Shown here: positions 10,256 to 17,589 of the stretch, in pieces
Position numbering within the stretch: position 1 is the first letter of the stretch
How the letters are laid out: each line of letters opens with the position of its first letter
Source of the DNA: Candidatus Magasanikiibacteriota bacterium
GTDB lineage: Bacteria > Patescibacteriota > Patescibacteriia > Magasanikbacterales > UBA922
Length of the DNA: 64,000 nucleotides
Assembly: GCA_041674805.1 (NCBI GenBank)
Contig: JBAYVA010000004.1
Span: 30,069-94,068 of the forward strand
Direction: 5' to 3'
Translations under genes and position numbers: made by a program
Notes under the pieces: model-generated
Seen by the model: only the letters and a program-made list of their open reading frames with translations
Told to the model about the DNA's origin: nothing
The model's database searches: none

Positions 10256-10877
10256 ACTAATTGCTATTTTTATGTTTACATTTAGACAAAGAATTTTTAT
10301 TTTTTCTGGTATTTTTGTGGGATTGGTTTTGGTTATTTTATTATATTTTTTTTATATAAAACCAAAAAACAATAAGCAAGAGAACACACCAGAAGTTGTG
10401 GTCAATGAAAATATTGTAGACAGCAATAATCCTAATTTAATTTTTGATAATTTAGCAAATAATAATCAAGTTATAAGTAAACCAGACGGAACACCAGAAG
10501 AACAATTTTTGAAACAGATGTCTAGATTTTTTGTAGAAAGATTTTTTACTTATTCTAATCAAAATAACAATGTTCATATTGTAGAATTACAAAGTTTGGC
10601 AACACCAAGTATGAATACTTGGATGAATACACAAATGAGAAAAAAAGAGCAAGACTATAGTGGTGTTACTACTAGAGTTTTTAGTATGTCTCTTATTAAT
10701 TTTGACAAAAATTTAGCAAAAGCTTCTGCCATGGTAGATGCTGAACATGTTATTTCTATTGAAAAAGATAATCAAGTAGAACAAAGTAAAACACAAAAAA
10801 AATACCAAGTAGATTTTGAATACGTTGATAATACTTGGAAAGTCTCAGCTGTTTGGGACAAAACTTTAAGCAATTAA
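10239..10877 (+). CDS. single-pass membrane protein, possible VirB8/PrgL-like
   Basis: N-terminal TM helix plus a roughly 160-aa extracytoplasmic domain. Its position after VirB4 mirrors Gram-positive T4SS order. No motif-level proof. Confidence 0.3.
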   Translation: MSIYHKLIAIFMFTFRQRIFIFSGIFVGLVLVILLYFFYIKPKNNKQENTPEVVVNENIVDSNNPNLIFDNLANNNQVISKPDGTPEEQFLKQMSRFFVERFFTYSNQNNNVHIVELQSLATPSMNTWMNTQMRKKEQDYSGVTTRVFSMSLINFDKNLAKASAMVDAEHVISIEKDNQVEQSKTQKKYQVDFEYVDNTWKVSAVWDKTLSN

Positions 10878-10885
10878 TTTTTTAT

Positions 10886-11578
10886 ATGATTTTGGGAGGA
10901 ATTGTCAATTCTTTAAAAGATATTTTTTTTCCAGTAAATTGTTTAAACTGTGCCAAAGAAGGTGCTTTTGTTTGTAATGAATGTTTTGAAACACTAGATT
11001 TGTCTGGTGTTTTTTGTTGTCCTATTTGTCACAAAGAAACTATTGATGGAAATTATTGTGATAATTGCCAACCTTTGTTTATAGACAAACATGTCGCTGC
11101 TATCAAATATTTAGAAACAGATTTGATAGGGGAGATAATCCATAATTTCAAATATCAGTATGTAGAAGATTTGGATAAAATAATTGAAAAAATGTTGATA
11201 AATTTTTTTGCAAACAAAAAAATAAGTGATATAGATTTAATAACTTTTGTGCCTTTGCATAGTCGTAGATATGTAGAAAGAGGATTCAATCAAGCTGAAA
11301 AAATAGCAATACTTTGTGGTAAAATTTTACATAAGCCGGTTACTAATTTACTCAAGAGAACTCGATATACACATCCACAAGCTCAGTTCAAAAGACAAGA
11401 AAGATTAGTGAATTTGCAAAATGCTTTTTCTTTAGAGAATAAAAAAGATGTGTTTGCCAAAAATATTTTGGTAGTTGACGATGTATTTACTACAGGTTCT
11501 ACTATTCAGGAGTGTGCTAAGGTCTTAAAATTGCATAAAGCTGCTAATGTATATGGTTTTAGTTTAGCTAGAGGTTGA
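10886..11578 (+). CDS. comFC: ComF family protein (ComFC-like, zinc-ribbon + phosphoribosyltransferase domain)
   Basis: CLNCAKEGAFVCNECF...CCPICHKETIDGNYCDNCQ double zinc ribbon and C-terminal PRTase motif ILVVDDVFTTGSTI. The start is set at the MILGG Met rather than the overlapping upstream TTG. Confidence 0.7.
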   Translation: MILGGIVNSLKDIFFPVNCLNCAKEGAFVCNECFETLDLSGVFCCPICHKETIDGNYCDNCQPLFIDKHVAAIKYLETDLIGEIIHNFKYQYVEDLDKIIEKMLINFFANKKISDIDLITFVPLHSRRYVERGFNQAEKIAILCGKILHKPVTNLLKRTRYTHPQAQFKRQERLVNLQNAFSLENKKDVFAKNILVVDDVFTTGSTIQECAKVLKLHKAANVYGFSLARG

Positions 11579-11599
11579 TTAATTATAAAATTAGACAAA

Positions 11600-11631
11600 A
11601 AAATATCGCTTTTTATTGCGATATTTTTTTA
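11600..11631. terminator. bidirectional rho-independent terminator (comFC / dsbB convergent)
   Basis: Hairpin aatatcgc-ttttatt-gcgatatt flanked by A-run and T-run. Confidence 0.6.
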
Positions 11632-11642
11632 TGTTTACAAAG

Positions 11643-12158
11643 TTATTTTTTTTGCATTTTTAAAAAGAAAATCATTAGTATAAAAGCAGTAAGTGACATC
11701 ATAGGTATTGTAACATAGCCAAACTCCAAAATATATAATTTGGTACAAGAGACAGCAGTATCACAAGCAATACTATTTTCAGTACCTAGGTAATAAAGTA
11801 AATTTTGATAGACACCAATGATAGCTCCTAATATTGTCAATGTTAAAGCGTATAAGTAAGAATGTTTAAATTCTTTTTTGAAGTAAGCAATACCCAAAAA
11901 TATTGCTTGAGGATAAATAAAGACTCTTTGCCACCAACATAAAGAACATGGTAAATAGCCAACTATTTCAGAATAATACAAACTAAGTAAAGCAGAAAAA
12001 AGAGCCATTAGCCAAGCTAATAGTAGACCATATTGTCCAAAAAATTTCTTGGCCAAGTTGTTTTCTTTTTTCCAAAAAATATAAATCAAAACTACAATTA
12101 AAAAAATGTGTGATAAAAGTGTGCCTGTAGCTAAAAGTTTGTTTACTATTTCGATCAT
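11643..12158 (-). CDS. disulfide bond formation protein B (DsbB/BdbC family)
   Basis: Four TM helices, with the CSLCWWQR motif and second Cys pair (CDTAVSC) characteristic of DsbB/BdbC. Confidence 0.65.
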   Translation of the reverse strand: MIEIVNKLLATGTLLSHIFLIVVLIYIFWKKENNLAKKFFGQYGLLLAWLMALFSALLSLYYSEIVGYLPCSLCWWQRVFIYPQAIFLGIAYFKKEFKHSYLYALTLTILGAIIGVYQNLLYYLGTENSIACDTAVSCTKLYILEFGYVTIPMMSLTAFILMIFFLKMQKK

Positions 12159-12168
12159 ATTTTTTATA

Positions 12169-12549
12169 TTAAGGTAATTGACAACTTGTTTTTTCTGCTA
12201 ATTCTTGCAAAGATAATTCACCAGATTGTCTACTACCATCGGCAAATATCCAAGTAGGATAGCCTTCTATTTTTTGATTAGTACAGACAGGTAATTGTCC
12301 ATTGCTATCTACAGTAGAACATTCTACATATGGTAAGTATTTGGCAGATTTTCCAAAAGTTTCTTTTTGGGCATTACAATGTGAACACCAAAAAGCGCCA
12401 TAAAAAACAGCCCCTTTGTCTTGTAAACATTTGGCAAATTCATCTAGTTTGCCAGGTTTTTGGTTGTAAGAGACTAAACTATAAATAGCAATACTTAAGA
12501 TAATAATTATGATTGAAATTATAGTAATATTTTTTGTTTTTTTATTCAT
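12169..12549 (-). CDS. membrane-anchored thioredoxin-fold thiol-disulfide oxidoreductase
   Basis: N-terminal TM helix and WCSHC active-site motif; co-transcribed with DsbB. Confidence 0.6.
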   Translation of the reverse strand: MNKKTKNITIISIIIIILSIAIYSLVSYNQKPGKLDEFAKCLQDKGAVFYGAFWCSHCNAQKETFGKSAKYLPYVECSTVDSNGQLPVCTNQKIEGYPTWIFADGSRQSGELSLQELAEKTSCQLP

Positions 12550-12620
12550 GTCATTTGATTATAATTTATATTTGGTTATTATATCAATAATCTTTTGTTG
12601 TAGTCAAATTATAACAAAAA

Positions 12621-12650
12621 ACAAACTTTAAAATAAAGTTTGTTTTTTTA
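12621..12650. terminator. bidirectional terminator hairpin downstream of tRNA array
   Basis: Perfect 9-bp stem acaaacttt/aaagtttgt with a T-run on both strands. Confidence 0.5.
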
Positions 12651-12651
12651 G

Positions 12652-12738
12652 CGGAGAGATAGGGATTCGAACCCTAGGAAGGTTTGACCCTTCAACGGTT
12701 TTCAAGACCGCCGCCATAGACCGCTCAGCCATCTCTCC
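12652..12738 (-). tRNA. tRNA-Ser (anticodon UGA)
   Basis: Acceptor GGAGAGA/TCTCTCC, G73, long variable arm, anticodon loop CUUGAAA, T-loop GTTCGAATC; no encoded CCA. Confidence 0.85.
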
Positions 12739-12740
12739 AG

Positions 12741-12774
12741 TTTAACTTTTGACAGTTAACATTTGACAATTAAC
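12741..12774. repeat. direct repeats TTGACA(G/A)TTAAC between tRNA genes
   Basis: tttgacagttaacatttgacaattaac; related copies at 12944-12978 and 12988-13023. Confidence 0.5.
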
Positions 12775-12852
12775 TTATTAAAATAAGGTTAATTTTTAAT
12801 AGTCAAATGTAAATTGTCAAGATTGGTGTATTGTTACTATGATGATCAAAAG

Positions 12853-12941
12853 CGGAGAAGGCGGGATTCGAACCCGCGGTCCGGTTTTACCCAGACAACA
12901 CATTAGCAGTGTGCCCCTTTCGGCCTCTCAGGCACCTCTCC
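12853..12941 (-). tRNA. tRNA-Ser (anticodon GCU)
   Basis: Acceptor GGAGAGG, long variable arm, anticodon loop CUGCUAA, GTTCGAATC T-loop; no encoded CCA. Confidence 0.85.
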
Positions 12942-13026
12942 TATGACAACTTTTAACAGTTGGCAATTGACTATTAACTTTTTTTAAGATGTCAACTGTC
13001 ATTTGTTAAGTGTCAAAAGTTGGTCC

Positions 13027-13116
13027 TGGCGGAGAGACAGGGATTCGAACCCTGGGTCCCCTTGCGGAGACTGCAGTTTAGTAAACTGCTGCTATCGGCC
13101 ACTCAGCCATCTCTCC
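13027..13116 (-). tRNA. Ser-type (class II) tRNA with atypical anticodon loop UUACUAA (anticodon ACU), CCA encoded
   Basis: Acceptor and D arm are identical to tRNA-Ser(UGA). Anticodon stem GCAGU/ACUGC with loop TTACTAA, long variable arm, G73 and a genomically encoded CCA. Confidence 0.6.
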
Positions 13117-13205
13117 TTTTTTAACATCTAATTCTTGTATATTCTATATCAAACAAATAATATTGTCAACTTCTAAACCTGTGGTTATTTTTGTTTTTTT
13201 GGGTG

Positions 13206-13234
13206 TTTACTATATCTAATATTTTTGTTATAAT
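13206..13234 (+). promoter_or_regulatory. candidate promoter for Hsp20 gene
   Basis: TATAAT at 13229-13234 with a TTTACT -35-like hexamer at 17-bp spacing; 12 nt before the ATG. Confidence 0.3.
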
Positions 13235-13245
13235 TTAGCTATATT

Positions 13246-13707
13246 ATGAAAAACAAAATGAACAATCATGGATTTTCTATGATTTTAGAAAATTTACAAG
13301 ATGTTTCTTCACAAGAAGCTTATGGAAAAGAAGCCTCAAAAGAATTCAAAGATTGGATAGAAGAGGGAAGTAGTGAAGGTAAATTATCTATAGATGTGGC
13401 TCAAAATGATTCACATATTTTTGTAGTATCTACTATGGCTGGTGCTAAACCAGATAAAATAGAAGTTTTTGTTCACAATGATGTTTTGACTATTAGAGGT
13501 ACAAGATATTCTCCTTTAGATATAGAAAAAAACATTGAATATTATTACAAAGAATGTTTTTGGGGAGTATTTTCTCGTACGGTTGTTTTGCCTGTTGAAG
13601 TAAAAAGTGATTTATCTTATGCCAAATTTCAAAATGGTGTTTTGTTTTTAAGTATCCCAAAAAAGAAACATGAAACCAAAATCTCGATTGAGATAGTAGA
13701 AGACTAA
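13246..13707 (+). CDS. Hsp20/alpha-crystallin family small heat shock protein
   Basis: Alpha-crystallin domain pattern with the conserved G-x-L-x-I-x-x-P-K motif (GVLFLSIPKK). Confidence 0.7.
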   Translation: MKNKMNNHGFSMILENLQDVSSQEAYGKEASKEFKDWIEEGSSEGKLSIDVAQNDSHIFVVSTMAGAKPDKIEVFVHNDVLTIRGTRYSPLDIEKNIEYYYKECFWGVFSRTVVLPVEVKSDLSYAKFQNGVLFLSIPKKKHETKISIEIVED

Positions 13708-13717
13708 TTTAAAAAAT

Positions 13718-15730
13718 ATGTTTGAAAATTTTTTCAAAAAAGAAAATGAAAAGTTGGTTAATTTTTCGTGGAAACGTGTTTGGTTGATTATTACAATATT
13801 TGTTGTAATGGTTGGTGTTTTTTTTGTGGCTAGTTTTGTTTATGTAGATAGTTACAAAGAAAAAGTTTTGCCAGGTGTTTATTTGGGTGGTATTCATATT
13901 GGAGGTATGGACAAAGAAAATTTGACTACCTATATTCAAAGCATGAATACTAAATTGTTAAATAAAGGTATTTTATTTAATTTTTCATTTGAAGGTGAAG
14001 AAAAAAAATTTACGGTTTATCCTTCAGTTCTTGCCAAAGAGGAAACACGTGATTTGATAGATTTAGACATACAAAAAGAAGTAGATAGTTTAATTTATTA
14101 TCGTAAAAATGATAATTTTTTGTCTGATATATTTTCGGCTGTTTTGGTACGTATTCAAAAACCTACTTTGAATTTAGAAACTGTAAAAATAGACAAGAAT
14201 GAACTTTTTATACAAATACAAAATTTTTTGAAAGATTATATAAAAGAACCAAAAAATGCTACTATCAAAATTACTACATTGGATCCTCTTAAATATGAAT
14301 TAGTTTCTTCGACATCAGGTTATTCTTTTGACTACGAAATGGTAGCTGGTAAGATTTTGAAATCTTGGTCAAATTTAGAAACACCTAATATTGATATTGT
14401 CTCTCATGCTAAGGATGCTGAAATAAAAGAAGAAGATGTAAAATTAATGACAGACAAATTAAGTAAAATTTTTGATGGCGGTCCTCTAAATATTTCTTAT
14501 ATAGATAAATTTACTACTAAAAAGTATAATTGGGTGATTACAACTAAGATGATTTCAGATTGGTTGGAGGTCCAAAAAAATAATGAAGGTAATTTATCTT
14601 TTGGTTTAAATTTTGCTTCTACTACAGAATTCTTTTTAAAAGAAATTGAACCTAATGTAAACATAAAAGCTCAAGATGCCAAATTTCAAATTGGTGCTAA
14701 TGGAAAAGTTAATGAGTTTGTTGGTTCTAGACCTGGTGCAACAGTAGATACTGAAGCTACTTTAGAAAAAGTCAAAGAAGCTTTTGATTCTAGAATTTTA
14801 CATTTGGATGCTGTAGTAAAAAATGTAGATTTGGTAATCAAAGAGACAAAACCAAATATCAAAACAGGAGAAGTCAATGATTTAGGTATCTCTGAAATTA
14901 TTGGTGTTGGACAATCTAGATTTAAAGGTAGTCCTACAAATCGTATCAAAAACATAAAACATGCTATTTATGATAAGTTGAATGGTTTACTTATCAAACC
15001 TAATGAAGACTTTTCTCTTGTAAACGCTTTAAGACCTTTTACTGTTGCAGATGGATATTTACCAGAGTTAGTTATCAAAGGTGATGAAATAAAACCAGAA
15101 GTTGCTGGTGGTTTATGTCAGGTAGGTACTACAATGTTTCGTGCCGCTATGAATTCTGGATTAAAAATTACTGCAAGAAGAAATCATTCTTTAGTTGTGA
15201 GTTATTATAATGATTTATCAAATGGTAATCCTGGTACAGATGCTACTATTTATGATCCAAATCCAGATTTTCGTTTTTTGAATGATACTGGTAATTATAT
15301 TTTGGTTACAACTGAAATGAATACACAAACAGGTGATCTTTTCATTTATCTTTGGGGAACAAATGATGGTCGTAAAGCTTCATATAGTCCACCAGTTGTT
15401 TCTAAATGGATACCTACAGGACCAGTCAAGAATATAGAAACAACAAATTTAGCTCCTGGCAAAAAAGAATGTCAAGAATCTCATGTTGGTGCTCAAACTT
15501 CTTTTACCTATACTCGTGTTTTGGCTGATGGTAAGAAAGAAAATGTTGTTTTTGATAGTTATTATCGACCTTTACCAAAGATTTGTTTGGTGGGTGTAGA
15601 ACCAAAAGTGGAAGCTACTATACCAAGTACTGAAGAAATACCAAATACTACAGAAGAAATTACAGCAGAGGTACCTGTTTTAGAAGAAAATCAATTACCT
15701 TTTGATCTAAATGACCCTGTTTTGAATTGA
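13718..15730 (+). CDS. VanW family protein with N-terminal TM anchor and C-terminal extension
   Basis: VanW-domain signature EVAGGLCQVGTTMFRAAMNSGLKITARRNHS; single N-terminal TM helix; TGA stop. Confidence 0.65.
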   Translation: MFENFFKKENEKLVNFSWKRVWLIITIFVVMVGVFFVASFVYVDSYKEKVLPGVYLGGIHIGGMDKENLTTYIQSMNTKLLNKGILFNFSFEGEEKKFTVYPSVLAKEETRDLIDLDIQKEVDSLIYYRKNDNFLSDIFSAVLVRIQKPTLNLETVKIDKNELFIQIQNFLKDYIKEPKNATIKITTLDPLKYELVSSTSGYSFDYEMVAGKILKSWSNLETPNIDIVSHAKDAEIKEEDVKLMTDKLSKIFDGGPLNISYIDKFTTKKYNWVITTKMISDWLEVQKNNEGNLSFGLNFASTTEFFLKEIEPNVNIKAQDAKFQIGANGKVNEFVGSRPGATVDTEATLEKVKEAFDSRILHLDAVVKNVDLVIKETKPNIKTGEVNDLGISEIIGVGQSRFKGSPTNRIKNIKHAIYDKLNGLLIKPNEDFSLVNALRPFTVADGYLPELVIKGDEIKPEVAGGLCQVGTTMFRAAMNSGLKITARRNHSLVVSYYNDLSNGNPGTDATIYDPNPDFRFLNDTGNYILVTTEMNTQTGDLFIYLWGTNDGRKASYSPPVVSKWIPTGPVKNIETTNLAPGKKECQESHVGAQTSFTYTRVLADGKKENVVFDSYYRPLPKICLVGVEPKVEATIPSTEEIPNTTEEITAEVPVLEENQLPFDLNDPVLN

Positions 15731-15752
15731 TTTGTGGACATATAATATATAA

Positions 15753-15786
15753 AATTGGCTTAAATAAGCCAATTTTTGTTTTTTAT
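15753..15786 (+). terminator. rho-independent terminator after VanW-like gene
   Basis: Hairpin ttggctt-aaat-aagccaa followed by TTTTTGTTTTTT. Confidence 0.65.
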
Positions 15787-15798
15787 CCTTATTTACTC

Positions 15799-15827
15799 TT
15801 GACAACTTTGTTATAATATGTTATTAT
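15799..15827 (+). promoter_or_regulatory. strong sigma70-like promoter (TTGACA-17-TATTAT) driving the non-coding unit
   Basis: TTGACA at 15799-15804 and TATTAT at 15822-15827 with exact 17-bp spacing. No ORF follows. Confidence 0.45.
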
Positions 15828-15833
15828 ATCAAG

Positions 15834-16159
15834 TCGTATAAAAAAAGGTTTAACAGTTTAAGAATGTAGTAAAGTATATTTTTGACACATAAGCTTAGTA
15901 AATAAAAATATACGCTCCTGTATTCACAACTATAAATAGTTAAAGCTAAACGAGGATTTAGGATAGTGCGTTTTTCTTAGTAAAGTCTATTAAAAACATA
16001 TTATCCTGTATCCACGACAAGCATGGGGGTGTGTTGTAGGCTAGGGCAGGCTACGGCTCGCAATTGACCTAGAACACACCTTCTTGGATCAGGTAAGGAC
16101 TCAATTCCTTAATCTTTTAAATATTCCTCAACACATTTGTGCTGAGGAATTTTTTTTTG
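15834..16159 (+). ncRNA. candidate structured ncRNA, RNase P RNA (rnpB)-like
   Basis: Promoter-to-terminator unit of about 325 nt with no ORF of 60 aa or more. It contains GCUAGGGCAGG (RNase P CR-II), a 13-nt exact match GGAUCAGGUAAGG (the E. coli M1 RNA J11/12 region), and AGUAAAGUCU resembling the P4 5' strand. A canonical P4 3' strand (ACAGAA..GGCUUA) was not found in the expected place. Confidence 0.4.
16124..16159 (+). terminator. rho-independent terminator ending the ncRNA unit
   Basis: Hairpin cctcaac-acatttgt-gctgagg followed by AATTTTTTTTT. Confidence 0.6.
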
Positions 16160-16237
16160 ACACTGATTACACTGATTAGAAAAGATTACACTGAAAAATA
16201 AGCTAAGATCTTTAAACCATTATTTTTGTTTATTTAA

Positions 16238-16262
16238 AAACAGACGTGTATTAGTCTGTTTT
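16238..16262 (-). terminator. terminator hairpin overlapping the stop of the HAD hydrolase gene
   Basis: aacagac-gtgtatta-gtctgtt with T-runs on both strands. Confidence 0.5.
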
Positions 16263-16844
16263 TGTTTTTAGATATTTTATAAATTTATCAAAGTCTTTGT
16301 ATAAATAAGATTCTATACCTAATTCTTTGGCAATCTCTATATTTTTTACATCATCATCTAAATAAAATATTTCTTTTGCTGGAATATTTAGATTATCTAA
16401 TATGAATTCATAAAATTCTTTAGTTGGTTTTTTGTGTCCAATATAAGCTGAAGAAAAAATTCCATCAAATAATTCTCCAAATTTCATTTTATTCTTCAAA
16501 TATTCTGTGCGGTATTTTTCTTGATTGGTGGCTAAATAGCACTTTATACCTTCTTTTTTTAATTGATTTATAAATTCTATAACTTTTTCATCGATATTAT
16601 TTTCATGTTCAAACCACTGTTTTAGAAATTCATCTACACTTTCATTCCATTGCCATTTTACTAGCCATGGTTTAATTACTTCTTTTAGGTCTGCTTTGCC
16701 TTTCATGCAGTCTTGAAACACTCCTGTAAAAAATGGTAACATTTCTTCTTTTGGAATATTATTTTTTTGACTGTAGTGATTACTAAACATTTCAGATAAA
16801 ACGACTACACCATCTGTGTCAAAAAGAAAAACTTTGTATTTCAT
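16251..16844 (-). CDS. HAD-superfamily hydrolase
   Basis: N-terminal DxD motif FLFDTDGVVV and HAD motif III/IV (YLDDD). Confidence 0.65.
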   Translation of the reverse strand: MKYKVFLFDTDGVVVLSEMFSNHYSQKNNIPKEEMLPFFTGVFQDCMKGKADLKEVIKPWLVKWQWNESVDEFLKQWFEHENNIDEKVIEFINQLKKEGIKCYLATNQEKYRTEYLKNKMKFGELFDGIFSSAYIGHKKPTKEFYEFILDNLNIPAKEIFYLDDDVKNIEIAKELGIESYLYKDFDKFIKYLKTKTD

Positions 16845-16864
16845 AATTTTCTTAATAAAACGTT

Positions 16865-16888
16865 AGGGACAGGTCTAGACCTGTCCCT
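16865..16888. terminator. perfect palindromic hairpin between clpP and HAD genes
   Basis: agggacaggtctagacctgtccct (11-bp arms) immediately downstream of the clpP stop. Confidence 0.55.
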
Positions 16889-16906
16889 ACAATTTATATA
16901 ATATTA

Positions 16907-17518
16907 TTATTTCTCAATCACTTTGTCTACCAAACCATATTTTACAGCTGCCTGAGCACTCATGAAATTGTCACGGTCTGAATCATTTTCGATAGTAGTT
17001 AATTTTTGACCAGTGTGTTTTTGTAAAATTGCGTTTAGGTTGTCTTTCATTTTTAGTATTCTTTCAGCGTGAATCTTGATATCACTAGCTTGGCCTTGAG
17101 TGCCACCCATGACTTGGTGAATCATGACTTCACTGTTTGGCAAGCAAAATCTTTTGCCTTTGGCTCCTGCGGCTAATAAAACTGAGGCCATACTAGCTGC
17201 CATACCAATACAAATAGTAGATACATCAGGTTTTACAAATTGCATAGTGTCGTAGATAGCTAAGCCAGCTGTGACTGAACCACCAGGGGAATTGATATAT
17301 ATTTTGATATCTTTTTCTGGATCTTGATTGGCCAAGAATAATAGTTGAGCTATCACAATATTAGCGACTTGGTCATTGATTTCTGTGCCCAAAAAAATTA
17401 TTCTGTCTTTGAGTAGTCTGGAATAAATATCATAAGCACGTTCACCATAACTAGTCTTTTCTATAATAGTTGGGATGAGGATTTGAGAAGTTATCTCTTG
17501 GTTGGAAGAGTTGTTCAT
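16907..17518 (-). CDS. clpP: ATP-dependent Clp protease proteolytic subunit
   Basis: ClpP signature around the catalytic Ser ([11 protein letters not shown]), His (MIHQ) and Asp; full-length, about 200 aa. Confidence 0.9.
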   Translation of the reverse strand: MNNSSNQEITSQILIPTIIEKTSYGERAYDIYSRLLKDRIIFLGTEINDQVANIVIAQLLFLANQDPEKDIKIYINSPGGSVTAGLAIYDTMQFVKPDVSTICIGMAASMASVLLAAGAKGKRFCLPNSEVMIHQVMGGTQGQASDIKIHAERILKMKDNLNAILQKHTGQKLTTIENDSDRDNFMSAQAAVKYGLVDKVIEK

Positions 17519-17589
17519 AAAGTTTATTTTTTATTTAGTTACATTCGTAATTCGAATGTTATTTTTTGTAAAACAATGCTATTTATATA

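Noticed and set aside
10835-10885. TTG-initiated 5' extension of comFC that overlaps the preceding gene by 43 nt
   Set aside because: The homologous ComFC region begins at the internal Met (MILGGIV...). The extension has no conservation rationale and overlaps the upstream stop.
13027-13116. Reading the odd tRNA as a nonsense-suppressor or as evidence of genetic-code change
   Set aside because: The anticodon positions are ACU, not UCA/CUA/UUA. TGA, TAA and TAG all terminate well-supported genes in this window.
15834-16159. Interpretation of the ncRNA unit as SRP RNA, tmRNA or 6S RNA
   Set aside because: No GGAA-tetraloop/AGCA symmetric-loop core of SRP RNA; no tRNA-like GGGG...CCACCA ends or tag ORF for tmRNA. 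The matches found are specific to RNase P conserved regions. 6S cannot be excluded, but no long bulged hairpin was evident.
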